Shown here: positions 18,420 to 27,772 of the stretch, in pieces
How the letters are laid out: each line of letters opens with the position of its first letter
Numbering within the stretch: the first letter of the stretch is position 1
Assembly (NCBI GenBank): GCA_963849395.1
Contig: CAWKHR010000009.1
Location: 55,320-119,319, forward strand
Length of the DNA stretch: 64,000 bases
Direction of reading: 5' to 3'
Origin: Candidatus Acidiferrales bacterium
Lineage (GTDB): Bacteria; Acidobacteriota; Terriglobia; Acidiferrales; UBA7541
Translations under genes and position numbers: made by a program
The notes under the pieces: model-generated
The model's database searches: none
Seen by the model: only the letters and a program-made list of their open reading frames with translations
What the model was told of the DNA's origin: nothing

Positions 18420-18626
18420 ATGAGTCTCTTTCCAAGAAAAAATCAGCCCGCTGTTTGCCGAAGTTGTGGCAGTGCCATTTATAGGTCCAAAAGAAACGGC
18501 TTCGTCGAGTCCTTACTTCATCACATTCTGTTCATTAGTCCATATCGCTGCGTGGGGTGTAACGACCGGCAGCTTCGTTTCCGCCCCGCGAACCATTCGA
18601 TACCCGGCACTAAGCACGCCGTCTAG
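18420..18626 (+). CDS. zinc-ribbon small protein (68 aa)
   Basis: CRSCGS ..(30 aa).. CVGCND, two CxxC pairs; RBS aggaagg before ATG. Confidence 0.5.
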   Translation: MSLFPRKNQPAVCRSCGSAIYRSKRNGFVESLLHHILFISPYRCVGCNDRQLRFRPANHSIPGTKHAV

Positions 18627-18950
18627 CGTTAAAGACTGTCACTGCTGAATAATTTTAGACAGCACATCGTACGCCATATGCTCCATGAACTGCGGCATCG
18701 TGAAGATTTTCGTCTTGCACGCGACACAACCGGGACACACGATTCCGCGCCGACCTTGTGCGTACCGAAGATCCCGCCGCGCAAAGACTCACGCGTCCCC
18801 AAATCCAGCCAAATTCGCGTTCTTGACTTGAACCAATCGCTGTCGCAGAATCCCGGGCACAGGTTTCCAGGTTCCTCGTTCGCCATTTGTAGGCCCTTTT
18901 CGCAGTCGCCATATACGTCCAGCCCGCCCAAAAATTAAGGAGTGAAACTC

Positions 18951-20024
18951 ATGAGTACCGCACCTCGACCCGCACTCGACATGAACAAGCTCAATGCCTT
19001 CATCGGACAATTTGTTGGCGACCTCGGCGCCGCGGTCCACGCCGGGATGGTGGTCATCGGCGAAAAGCTGGGACTCTACAAGGCGCTGGCCGCCAGCCCG
19101 CAAACTCCCGCGGAGCTTGCCGCCAAAACCAATACCGACGAACGCTACGTCCGCGAATGGCTCTCTTCGCAAGCCGCCGGCGGCTACGTCACCTACGACG
19201 AAAAGTCCGGCAAGTTCAGTTTGACCGAAGAACAGTCCTTCGCGCTGGCTCAGGAAGACAGTCCCGCCTATCTTCCCGGCGCCTTCGAACTGGCTCTAGG
19301 CTCGCTGGCCGCCGTGCCGCGCATCGCCGAATCGTTTCGTACCGGCGCGGGCATGGGCTGGCACGAGCACGAAGACGGCGTATTTCACGGATGCGAGAAA
19401 TTCTTTCGTCCCGGTTACGCCGCGAACCTGGTCACTTCCTGGATCCCAGCGCTCGAGGAGGTGAACGAAAAATTGCAAAAAGGCGCGCGCATGGCCGACG
19501 TGGGCTGTGGCAAAGGCGCGTCGACCATCCTGATGGCCAAGGCCTATCCCAATAGCCATTTCTTTGGCTTCGATTATCACGACAAATCCATTGAAGGCGC
19601 GCGCGAAACGGCCAAGCGGGAAAACGTGGCCGATCGCGTGGAATTTGATGTCGCCAAAGCCAAGGAATTTCCCGGCAAAGATTATGATCTGGTGGCGGTG
19701 TTCGATTGCCTGCACGATATGGGCGACCCGGTCGGCGCTGCCAAGCACGTGCTTCAGTCGCTCAGCAAAGATGGCACCTGGATGATCGTGGAGCCCTTTG
19801 CCAATAATGAATTGAAAGACAATCTGAATCCGGTGGGCCGCGTTTACTATTCGTTTTCCACGCTGCTTTGCACGCCTTGCTCGCGCTCGCAAGAAGTGGG
19901 GCTGTGTCTGGGCGCGCAGGCGGGTGAGACGCGGATTCGCGACGTGGTGACCGCTGCCGGATTCACCCGTTTCCGGCGCGCCACAGAAACGCCGTTTAAC
20001 ATCGTCTACGAAGCACGCCCTTAG
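18951..20024 (+). CDS. class I SAM-dependent methyltransferase with N-terminal winged-helix-like domain
   Basis: ADVGCGKGASTILMAKAY (motif I GxGxG), DLVAVFDCLHDMGDP (motif II/III region); ATG 18951 sits 8 nt after aaggag (ORF track begins at GTG 18942). Confidence 0.85.
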   Translation: MSTAPRPALDMNKLNAFIGQFVGDLGAAVHAGMVVIGEKLGLYKALAASPQTPAELAAKTNTDERYVREWLSSQAAGGYVTYDEKSGKFSLTEEQSFALAQEDSPAYLPGAFELALGSLAAVPRIAESFRTGAGMGWHEHEDGVFHGCEKFFRPGYAANLVTSWIPALEEVNEKLQKGARMADVGCGKGASTILMAKAYPNSHFFGFDYHDKSIEGARETAKRENVADRVEFDVAKAKEFPGKDYDLVAVFDCLHDMGDPVGAAKHVLQSLSKDGTWMIVEPFANNELKDNLNPVGRVYYSFSTLLCTPCSRSQEVGLCLGAQAGETRIRDVVTAAGFTRFRRATETPFNIVYEARP

Positions 20025-20043
20025 AACGGCTTGCCGCTACTCT

Positions 20044-20247
20044 CTACCGCAGATACGCTTTAGCGAACGAAGCAATCTTGTTGCCCAAACCTTCCGCGTG
20101 TTTCCAGCAATAGGCGTAATCGCGTGGCGCGGTGCCATTACAAAATTGCCCCTTCTTTCCCTGATATTTGCATAGCACCTTCTGGGGGGCTGGCGGTGCG
20201 GTTTGTGTCACCGTTGCACGTTGTGGCGCGGTGGCCGTTGCTGCCAT
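20044..20247 (-). CDS. small Cys/His protein (67 aa), C-x9-C-x10-C-x2-H
   Basis: ATG with aggag RBS; ..VLCKYQGKKGQFCNGTAPRDYAYCWKHAEGL..; same Cys spacing as the N-terminus of 61275..62396. Confidence 0.55.
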   Translation of the reverse strand: MAATATAPQRATVTQTAPPAPQKVLCKYQGKKGQFCNGTAPRDYAYCWKHAEGLGNKIASFAKAYLR

Positions 20248-20424
20248 TCTGGCGTCTCCTGATTTAGATTCACCTCTACTTTACGGAAGAGTGTGAGCCT
20301 GCCACAACCTGTACAAAGGGATGAATCTTGTACAGGTCGACTTGTACACCGCGATTGTCAGTTGGGGAGGATTCGGATATCGTGCAGGTTCGGTTCGTGT
20401 CCGTCGAGTTCCGGAGGCGCCAGG

Positions 20425-21012
20425 GTGAGCAGGATTTTGCGGTATTTGAGTGTTTTAGCGATCGCACTGCTGGCAAGCGCCGCGGCCACGCGCGCCCAGA
20501 TGGGCCCGGAAGAGGCTGGCAGCGAATGGCAAGTTTGGACCGGCGGCGGCCACGGAATTAATGGCAGCACCTCGGGCACTGGAGTTTGGAATGTGGGGCT
20601 GCGCTACGGACTGATCTTGACCGCGCCGCATGGACCGGGCTTTTTGCAGGGTCAACTGGAATATGCGCTGGATGCGGTTCCGGTGTGGGTAATTACGCAG
20701 CGAACAAATACGGCGTACGGCGCCGGCGTAAATCCATTCGCGTTCAAGTGGATCCTGTCGAAGCCGCAAAAGGTGAAACCGTTCTTCGAAATTGAGGGTG
20801 GAACGCTGTTCACCAACACCAAAGTGCCGGAACTGACTTCGCAGGTGAATTTCACCACCAGCGCGGCGCTGGGTATGCATATCCTGGGCGAGAAGCACGA
20901 TTGGACCGCGGAAGTCCGCTTCATGCACATCTCCAACGCGGGCCTGGCCACGCCGAATCCCGGAATCAATACGATCCAAGTCCGATTAGGATGGGGCGCG
21001 TTTCGCAAGTAG
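20425..21012 (+). CDS. PagL-like lipid A deacylase / acyloxyacyl hydrolase family outer-membrane protein
   Basis: GTG 20425 after ggagg. Signal peptide VSRILRYLSVLAIALLASAAATRAQ, beta-barrel pattern, C-terminal ..RFMHISNAGLATPNPGINTIQVRLGW (HxSN catalytic-type motif). Confidence 0.7.
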   Translation: MSRILRYLSVLAIALLASAAATRAQMGPEEAGSEWQVWTGGGHGINGSTSGTGVWNVGLRYGLILTAPHGPGFLQGQLEYALDAVPVWVITQRTNTAYGAGVNPFAFKWILSKPQKVKPFFEIEGGTLFTNTKVPELTSQVNFTTSAALGMHILGEKHDWTAEVRFMHISNAGLATPNPGINTIQVRLGWGAFRK

Positions 21013-21033
21013 CGCTGGCGCAATCGCTGGTTC

Positions 21034-21866
21034 CTAGCTTTTTGTATTCGTCAGGTAGCGTTTCACTTCGGCGGAGGGTAGCGCGTCCGCCGCGAACGTG
21101 AACGTATGTTTGTCTTTTATTTCGCGGGCTGCCCGAACCAGGGCGCCAAGCGCGGCGCGTGCCATTGATCCGCCAACGCTGATGCGCTTCACCCCTGCTT
21201 CAGCTAATTCTTCGATCGAGAACCGAGTGCCTGCCAAGCCTGCGAGTACGTTCACCGGCTTGGAAACCGAAGCGCAGACCTTGCGGATGTCATCGAGGCT
21301 GCTCAGTCCGGGAGCATAAACAGCGTCGGCGCCAGCATCGGCAAATGCCCGCAGCCTGCGAATGGTGTCGTCCAAGATCGGGCCGGTCGTGCAGATAATT
21401 TTCTGCGCGCGCGGTCAGAAAGAAATTTGCCTCGTGCGCCGCTTTGGCCGCGGCGGAAACGCGCTCGACCGCAAGCTGAAATTCGTAGATAGGGTTTGTT
21501 GTCGTCCCCGCTGTAATCCTCGATGGAACCGCCCGCAAGCCCCGCGCTCGCGGCCAGGCGAATCGTTTCGGCGCACATTTCAGGAGCATTGCCAAAACCG
21601 TTCTGCAGATCGGCGGAGACCGGGATCGTTGTCGCATCGACGATCGATTTTGCGTTCGCCAGGATCAGCTCGCGTGTCATTTCTGGCGCCGAGTCCAGAT
21701 AGCCCAGCGAGAACGCGCAACCCGCACTGGTGGTAGCCAAGGCTTCGAAGCCCAGCGCCGCCAGAATTTTCGCCGACCCGGCGTCCCACGGATTGGGAAT
21801 CACAAACGCGCCAGCGCGTTCGTGCAGCGCCCGAAACGTTTTGTACTTTTCCTCGCGGGTTGCCAT
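21034..21866 (-). pseudogene. isocitrate lyase/PEP mutase family protein (methylisocitrate-lyase-like), two frame breaks
   Basis: Three frames join into one coherent protein: MATREEKYKTFRALHERAGAFVIPNPWDAGSAK..GGSIEDYSGDDNKP / IYEFQLAVERVSAAAKAAHEANFFLTARAENYLHDRPDL / DDTIRRLRAFADAGADAVYAPGL... Breaks are at gggttt 21492-21497 and cc 21372-21373. Confidence 0.8.
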
Positions 21867-21892
21867 AACGATCCCCTAAAGTTCGTGATCAG

Positions 21893-23032
21893 CTATGCGG
21901 ACGTCGTTAAGCGCGGCAAGAACAGTTTAAAGAATTTGTCCGAGTCGACTTCCACCGCGACCTTTGAATTTGGCTTCAGTTCCCGCGCTCCCTCGCCCTC
22001 GCCCGCGTCGGTGGCAGGCAGTCCAGTGTCCATCGGCGGCGAGCGACGCACCGGCGCGCGTTCGTAGCCCACCGATTCGCCGGCCGTGAGTTCGCCCGTA
22101 GTTTCGATCTGCACGTAGTAGTCCTTCAGCGTGAGAATCGTCGGATCGATAAGATGCGCGACCGTCAGCGGGTCATGCATCGCCACCACCGTGACGTCGT
22201 TTCCTTTGCGCATCCGATTAAACGTGGCGCGCATGATTTTTGCCGCGGCCTGGCTCACCGGATTCTGCGCCGCTTCCAGCGTTTTAATATGCTCTTCGCG
22301 CAGCAGAACTTTGTGCGTCACGTCGAGCCCCACCATCGTGACCGGCACGCCTGCATCGAAAACGATCCGCGCCGCCTCGGGATCGACGTAAAAATTAAAT
22401 TCGGCAGACGGCGTGATGTTGCCGCCGCTCAGCGAACCGCCCATCACCACAATTCCCTTGATCAGCGTGGCCAGCGACGGATCTTCCTTCAAAACCGTGG
22501 CGATGTTGGTCAGCGGCCCAACCGCCACGATGGTAATTTCGCCCGGATTCGCGCGCACAATCCGCCGAATCAGCTCCGCAGCACTCGCGGCCACCGGCTG
22601 CAGCTTGGGCTCAGGAAATTCCACGCCGCCCAAGCCGTTGTTTCCGTGGACATATTTCGCGGTGATCAGCCGCCGCACCAGCGGAGTCGCAGCGCCCGCC
22701 GCCACCGGCACGTCCGCGCGATTGGCAATCTCAATCAGCCGCAGCGCGTTGGGCAGCGTCATCGATAGCGGCACATTCCCCGAGACCGGCGTGATCGCTT
22801 CAACCTTCAGCTCCGGCGAACGGAGCGCCAGAAAAATCGCCATGGCGTCGTCCACGCCAGGATCGGTGTCCAAAATGATGCGTTGCGGCTTCGCGGCAGC
22901 AGGCGTGTTGAACGAAAGTCGAGACTCGCTGCTGGACGCCAACGAATATTTCGGCAGTGACGTGGCCAGCACCGCCCCCGCGGAATAACCAAGAAATTTA
23001 CGGCGACTACTGCGTGCAGAATCAGAGCGCAT
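21893..23032 (-). CDS. nucleoside hydrolase (inosine-uridine preferring family) with Tat-type signal
   Basis: MRSDSARSSRRKFLGYSAGAVL (twin-Arg), RIILDTDPGVDDAMAIFLAL (DxDxxxDD calcium/ribose motif). Confidence 0.85.
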   Translation of the reverse strand: MRSDSARSSRRKFLGYSAGAVLATSLPKYSLASSSESRLSFNTPAAAKPQRIILDTDPGVDDAMAIFLALRSPELKVEAITPVSGNVPLSMTLPNALRLIEIANRADVPVAAGAATPLVRRLITAKYVHGNNGLGGVEFPEPKLQPVAASAAELIRRIVRANPGEITIVAVGPLTNIATVLKEDPSLATLIKGIVVMGGSLSGGNITPSAEFNFYVDPEAARIVFDAGVPVTMVGLDVTHKVLLREEHIKTLEAAQNPVSQAAAKIMRATFNRMRKGNDVTVVAMHDPLTVAHLIDPTILTLKDYYVQIETTGELTAGESVGYERAPVRRSPPMDTGLPATDAGEGEGARELKPNSKVAVEVDSDKFFKLFLPRLTTSA

Positions 23033-23193
23033 GAAGTTCCTTTGCAAATCAGAATAAAAAATGAAATCAGGCTGCGATTCGCGATTCTACAGCATGCCAG
23101 CCCATCGCGAGGAAGTTTCGTAACACCCATTGCGGGGCCGATTTTTAACACATTGGGTTCAGTCCCGGGGGAGCTGGCAGGGTTTATTGGCAC

Positions 23194-24177
23194 TTGATGC
23201 GCATAGCCAGCATGGCTATCGCTTTATGTTGTGGCAAAGGCTATTCTTGGCGCGGCATGGTCCAGAAGAAACACTCACGAGTGGTCTTGAAGATTGTCGT
23301 TCTGGCCGCCTTGGGAATGACTTCAATCATTTCGCAGCCCATTACAGAAAATTTCCAAACGATAAAAATCGATCCTGCCACCCTTGAGATGAAACTCGAA
23401 GGGCCGTTGCCGCTCGTGCCAACGCCTGTCCATGATTTCTACCAGCGTTTTCGAGGCAATACGATCTCAGTGGTCCATTCGGGTCCTGATGGGAGCATGA
23501 TTGCCTATAACGCATTCGACGTTGATCGCGACGGGAAGTTGATAACTAGAGGTAAAACACAAGTTCTATCGCAAGGTCCCTACGGAACCGTTTTCGCACA
23601 ATCGACTTACTACTACGCCACGCAATACAATCACGCGCCAACCGATTTTCATGCCGAATTATATTTCAATGAGGGATCCCACGAGCCCGCACAGCAGGTT
23701 GAGACGATGAACGAAGTTGGCGCGCTAAGCGCAATCAGTGTTGTTCGCATTTTCAAAGCTGCTCCAGGGTATTTGATCGCGTGTGCCACGTACGACGCTT
23801 CCGGCAGACTGCTCGTGCTCAGCATAAACGGCTCCAAGGACGGTAACTGGGTTCACTCCAATAACGTCTTCGCCCTCTATCCGGGCCTCGATTTCGGCAC
23901 AATATATGAAGATCGACCGAAAACGCGGCAATACTTCGGACTGCCCGAAAGCTTCCCGCTATCCGACTATCTTAAGGCGCCTTACAACGTCGGCGAGAAA
24001 ACCGACCTAGTAAGCTTCTCTGATACAGTGAACTTCCACTATCAGAGAAATCGTCACGTGCGCCAAGACGTTTTCAGTCCCGACGGTTCACACCAGTCGC
24101 ACTTTTTGACATACACGATCACCGCCGAGGACCAACAACTCGAACCTATTGACGCTACGATGAAATTTGGTCGATAG
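23194..24177 (+). CDS. hypothetical membrane-anchored/secreted protein (327 aa)
   Basis: Long ORF in a lower-G+C stretch; hydrophobic segment VVLKIVVLAALGMTSIISQP; start uncertain (TTG 23194, ATG 23197 or ATG 23257); no family recognised. Confidence 0.5.
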   Translation: MMRIASMAIALCCGKGYSWRGMVQKKHSRVVLKIVVLAALGMTSIISQPITENFQTIKIDPATLEMKLEGPLPLVPTPVHDFYQRFRGNTISVVHSGPDGSMIAYNAFDVDRDGKLITRGKTQVLSQGPYGTVFAQSTYYYATQYNHAPTDFHAELYFNEGSHEPAQQVETMNEVGALSAISVVRIFKAAPGYLIACATYDASGRLLVLSINGSKDGNWVHSNNVFALYPGLDFGTIYEDRPKTRQYFGLPESFPLSDYLKAPYNVGEKTDLVSFSDTVNFHYQRNRHVRQDVFSPDGSHQSHFLTYTITAEDQQLEPIDATMKFGR

Positions 24178-24267
24178 CTGATTCGCGAGGCTCGAAAAAT
24201 ATTTCCCGCCCGACAAACTGTTTAGCGACGGGGCAGGCCGTCTGACCTTTGCGGGCTCTATGAGCAA

Positions 24268-24697
24268 TCAGGCATATGCCCGAATCAAACCGACTCCCAG
24301 CACGACCACGCTGATCGCCAGCAGCACGGCTCCCGCATACAACGACCAAATCCATTCATTCGGGCGATCCGGCGTGGTCGCCACCGATAGAAAGAACCCC
24401 AGCGGAATCAGAATGGCTGCCAGCAGAACACCAATTCGCACCAGCCACGCGATTCCGGGTCCCAGCGCCGCGTACTCCACAAATATTTGGCAGATCAGCG
24501 AGAGAATACAGACCAGTTTTTTTCGGGCGGGACATGCGCATGCGGGCGTGCTGGTGATGCGGCGAAGGTTTCATCCCTGGCATTTGCCCGCTAAATAGCC
24601 TCAGCAAAAAGTAGCCGCCGTATTGAATCGTCGGCACCGCAACCAAAAGGATCCCAGACATCAGCCTCGCGTCTCGGTTCACTTTTTCCTCCTGCAT
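24268..24697 (-). pseudogene. membrane protein, frame broken in a 7-nt homopolymer
   Basis: MQEEKVNRDARLMSGILLVAVPTIQYGGYFLL..MSRPKK joins in another frame to LVCILSLICQIFVEYAALGPGIAWLVRIGVLLAAILIPLGFFL..; the switch is at the T7 run 24517-24523. Confidence 0.5.
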
Positions 24698-24890
24698 ACT
24701 ATCAAGTGACGGCTTGCTACACCGGACGATTCGGTCAGAACCAGGAGTCGCCTGTCCGGCGAGAATAATGTGAACTCCATTCATGATAAGCAAATAAATT
24801 AAAAACCTTCCCTTTCCCGATCACCGCATTTACCAGGATGTGGCCCGAAACAATTGCTGTGCTGGCTGCCGACTGAAACGCCGCTTCGAT

Positions 24891-25112
24891 TCAGCGAGCC
24901 TTACGCCAAACCGGTTTCGCTCCCGAGTATATTAACCAGCAGCCAAGGACAATTATGGCGACCATGGCGACGTACATCCCTCCCTGTTCACCTTCATTCG
25001 AGGCTTTCAGCAGATTAGGTGGCGGAGCGATGTGGTTTTTGACCTCAATGATGACGAGCAATGACCCCACAACAATCCTCCACCAGATGGGTTTTTCAGC
25101 CTGGGGTTGCAT
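24891..25112 (-). CDS. small membrane protein (73 aa)
   Basis: ATG ORF with two hydrophobic helices (IWWRIVVGSLLVIIEV, MYVAMVAIIVLGCWLIY). Confidence 0.4.
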   Translation of the reverse strand: MQPQAEKPIWWRIVVGSLLVIIEVKNHIAPPPNLLKASNEGEQGGMYVAMVAIIVLGCWLIYSGAKPVWRKAR

Positions 25113-25221
25113 TCGCTTCTCCTTGCGCCAATCATAGCCTACGTCCTCGGTTTGCGTGTTAATCGAGGCTTAGGTCAAAGTTTAGAAATCATAAGATGGG
25201 TACTTGCCGAGGTAAACGACG

Positions 25222-25701
25222 ATGAGTTCAGAAGAGCGGGAACTTAATCCCGGTGAACAATATTGGAGCATGGTGGAACCGGTTTGGGATGACATAGAAA
25301 TTTATCAAGGCCCTGAAGAATTTGTCCGCACTTTTGCCAAAGTTCCCAGACCAGCCGGACTGCTATTCGCGGCACATTTTTGTGAATCAGAAGTGTGTAA
25401 CGGTGGATTTGATCAGTTCTTCTCAAACTCTACCGGCGTACTTGCGCCGGAGGCTATCGAAGGGTTCAAGGCTATCGGCCAGAATCTCGTCGCTGTGATA
25501 ATTCAGGAAGCGTGTTGTTTGTTTGGCGAGCCTTTTCCGCGGGAACGTTCGCTTCGGCAGAGCAAATTGAAGGCAATAGATTCGGAGCTCCTCGATTCCC
25601 TCGACCAAAAGTTCTATGGAATCGTCCACAGCGAGAATGGCGGATTTGAAGAGGCCGCCGATAATTATGCTGCAACAGTTGGCAAATCGACCCGGAGTTG
25701 A
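25222..25701 (+). CDS. DMP19/DUF4375-like protein
   Basis: ..AGLLFAAHFCESEVCNGGFDQFFSNSTGVLAPEAIEGFKAIG.. matches the hallmark xxEVxNGGFxQFFxNSxG core I recall for the DUF4375/DMP19 family. Confidence 0.6.
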   Translation: MSSEERELNPGEQYWSMVEPVWDDIEIYQGPEEFVRTFAKVPRPAGLLFAAHFCESEVCNGGFDQFFSNSTGVLAPEAIEGFKAIGQNLVAVIIQEACCLFGEPFPRERSLRQSKLKAIDSELLDSLDQKFYGIVHSENGGFEEAADNYAATVGKSTRS

Positions 25702-25745
25702 CTCAGTCTCCGGTCACCCACTGAAAGAAGCGCCTGATTTAGGGC

Positions 25746-26186
25746 CCGGTTAGTTCTATAAAAGGCGAAGTCAAGAAAAAACACTTCTCCAACGGCTGGA
25801 CGTTTTCTTGCTTCGCAGCCCAACTGATTGAGCAGGATCTGTTCTGACCAGCCGCACCATTTGCTCGGTGGCAGAGCACAGTGGCCGGACGGTTTGGGTT
25901 TTCTCTATAAGCGGTTTTCATGCTCGTTGGCAACGAAGCCTGTCAGTTCCGAAACCAGCAAAGCAGAACGGTGGTCAAGTTGGCGACCATGGTTCTATTT
26001 GGGACTCGTGGCCCATCGCTTTTTCAGGTTATCCGAGAGGGCCTAGGGTCGACTGGGAGACTGCACGACCGAGGTACGCTGCGCCTAGCTAACCGGTTGA
26101 GACTCGCTCTCGAACCCGAGTGTCTCGAGAACCGACGGCCACCGCCAGAGAAAATCCAGGGATGGAGCGGACTCGATCAGAGACAC
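25746..26186 (-). ncRNA. 3' non-coding arm of IS copy 2; candidate bridge/seek RNA region
   Basis: Counterpart of 6644-7080; differs from copy 1 by 7 changes (4 indels) within 26063-26161. Confidence 0.3.
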
Positions 26187-27254
26187 TCAAACTGTTTGTG
26201 GTTTCAGATATTGAGCGTCGAAGTTTACTCCTCTCTTCCACACGATCAACACGATGGTGGCAATCTTTCTTGCCAAGGTAAGTCGGGCCATCTCCGGCCG
26301 CATGCCCTTGGCCAGCAATGCTTCGTAAAACTCTTGGAACGGGCCAGGCTTCGTTGAGGCGCTGACCGCCGCACCCTTGAACAGGTTCTTCAGATCGTGA
26401 TTGTGATTTTGATTCAAGCCGCGAATCGATACTCTCTTCTTCACTTTTTGCAGTTGGCCGTTGACCTGGCGGTGATCGGCGCTACTGCGCGTCTCGATCG
26501 CAAAACCACTGATGCTCCACAACTGCCGCTTGGTGCGAAATCGGTGCGGAGTCTGCAAAATGCCAAGCGCCACCGCCGCGCGGATCGGGCCAATCGAGGG
26601 AATCTCACAGAGCCGTTTCCAGACCTTGTGCTTCTTGCTCTCCGCCAACAATTCCTGCCGCACTTCCTGGCGCAATGTCCGCAACGCATCAAGTTGCTGG
26701 AAGTAAAACGCTGCCCGCAGCCGAACTCCTGGTTCGGTGATCTTGCTGAGCCAAGTTGCCCGGTACAACCGCGAGTAAACTTGTGTGCCGCTGCAGGGAA
26801 TGCCCCAACTTCGGTACAACGCTTTCACGCGCGTCATCACCCGGGCGAGATCTTTGCTGATGGTCAGATAACTGCGCACCAACTCCTTCAGAGCACGTAG
26901 GCCGTGCTCACCGTGATAGACCGGCTGGAGTTGGTTGCCACGCAGCAGTTCGGCTAATTTCCGGGCGTCGATGCGGTCACTCTTGTTGCCAACCTTCAGC
27001 AAGGCGTTGCGACGTGGATTGCATACCACCACTCGCGCCACGTGCGGCTTCAGCAGATCATACAGCCAAGCTGCGGCGGTTCCTTCCTCAAACGTAACGT
27101 GCAAGTCTCCGCTCAATCCGTTCAAAAACTGCAGAATCACGCTGGCCTTTGTCTCGATGACGCATTCCATCACCACCTTGCCGGCCGAGTTCATCACCGC
27201 AATCGAAATACTTTCCTTGTGCACGTCCATGCCGATATATTTGGTACTGATCAT
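26187..27254 (-). CDS. IS110-family transposase (355 aa)
   Basis: Identical to 5576..6643 product except GVNFDAQ versus GVNLDAQ. Confidence 0.9.
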   Translation of the reverse strand: MISTKYIGMDVHKESISIAVMNSAGKVVMECVIETKASVILQFLNGLSGDLHVTFEEGTAAAWLYDLLKPHVARVVVCNPRRNALLKVGNKSDRIDARKLAELLRGNQLQPVYHGEHGLRALKELVRSYLTISKDLARVMTRVKALYRSWGIPCSGTQVYSRLYRATWLSKITEPGVRLRAAFYFQQLDALRTLRQEVRQELLAESKKHKVWKRLCEIPSIGPIRAAVALGILQTPHRFRTKRQLWSISGFAIETRSSADHRQVNGQLQKVKKRVSIRGLNQNHNHDLKNLFKGAAVSASTKPGPFQEFYEALLAKGMRPEMARLTLARKIATIVLIVWKRGVNFDAQYLKPQTV

Positions 27255-27439
27255 AAAGGGCGTTCCTCCTCTGGAGCGGTTGAGCTAGCACTCAAAACCC
27301 TACTCCATAAAGGGCGCCCTTTTATATTGCGTCGAGTAATCCGACAAGTGGATTCCAGTGCACAGTTGTCGGATAAGCGCATTACTTCGGACCCAGATGG
27401 CCAGTTGACCTGATTGTATAAAGGGTGAGAAGAGAAGAA

Positions 27440-27526
27440 TGGTGCCCGAAAGAGGACTCGAACCTCCACGACCTTGCGGCCACTAGCTCCTGAAGCTAGC
27501 GCGTCTGCCAATTCCGCCATTCGGGC
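27440..27526 (-). tRNA. tRNA-Leu (anticodon CAG)
   Basis: gcccgaa-tg-gcg gaattggcaga cgc-g-ctagc ttCAGga gctag-long variable arm tggccgcaaggtcgt-ggagg ttcgagt cctct-ttcgggc-a-cca; class II cloverleaf folded by hand, encoded CCA. Confidence 0.9.
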
Positions 27527-27772
27527 ACAACTACAGAAGCAAGCACAATTCTGAGGTTCGTACCGGGGTTTGTCAATTGAGCGCCGCTTAGTGAGCGCCG
27601 CTAGACCAGACAAGAACCTTAAAGACAAAAATTTGACGCAGAGATCCGAGCACACGGAAAGACCCGATGGACGAAGAGAAGCCACGATCCTTTGTGGCTT
27701 CTCTTCCTTCCAATAAGCAGAACGTACCTGAGCACAATTCATGCTCCCGCCGCCAACATAACCTCTCGCGAA

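Larger units (their letters stand above)
25746..27335 (-). mobile_element. IS110-family insertion sequence, copy 2 (intact, inverted relative to copy 1)
   Basis: Same element as 5495..7080; 81-nt 5' arm, 441-nt 3' arm. 5' end abuts a 9-bp-stem palindrome (27339-27347 / 27366-27374) and lies 104 nt from tRNA-Leu. Confidence 0.8.

Noticed and set aside
5495-27335. Composite transposon bounded by the two IS copies
   Set aside because: The intervening DNA contains core genes (rnr, response regulators, methyltransferase). IS110-family elements are not known to mobilise composites in this way. I report it as an inversion/assembly issue instead.
27673-27706. 13-bp-stem hairpin (gaagagaagccac .. gtggcttctcttc) after the PEP-CTERM gene, considered as a terminator
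   Set aside because: The structure is real, but no U-tract follows it on either strand, so terminator function is not supported from sequence alone.
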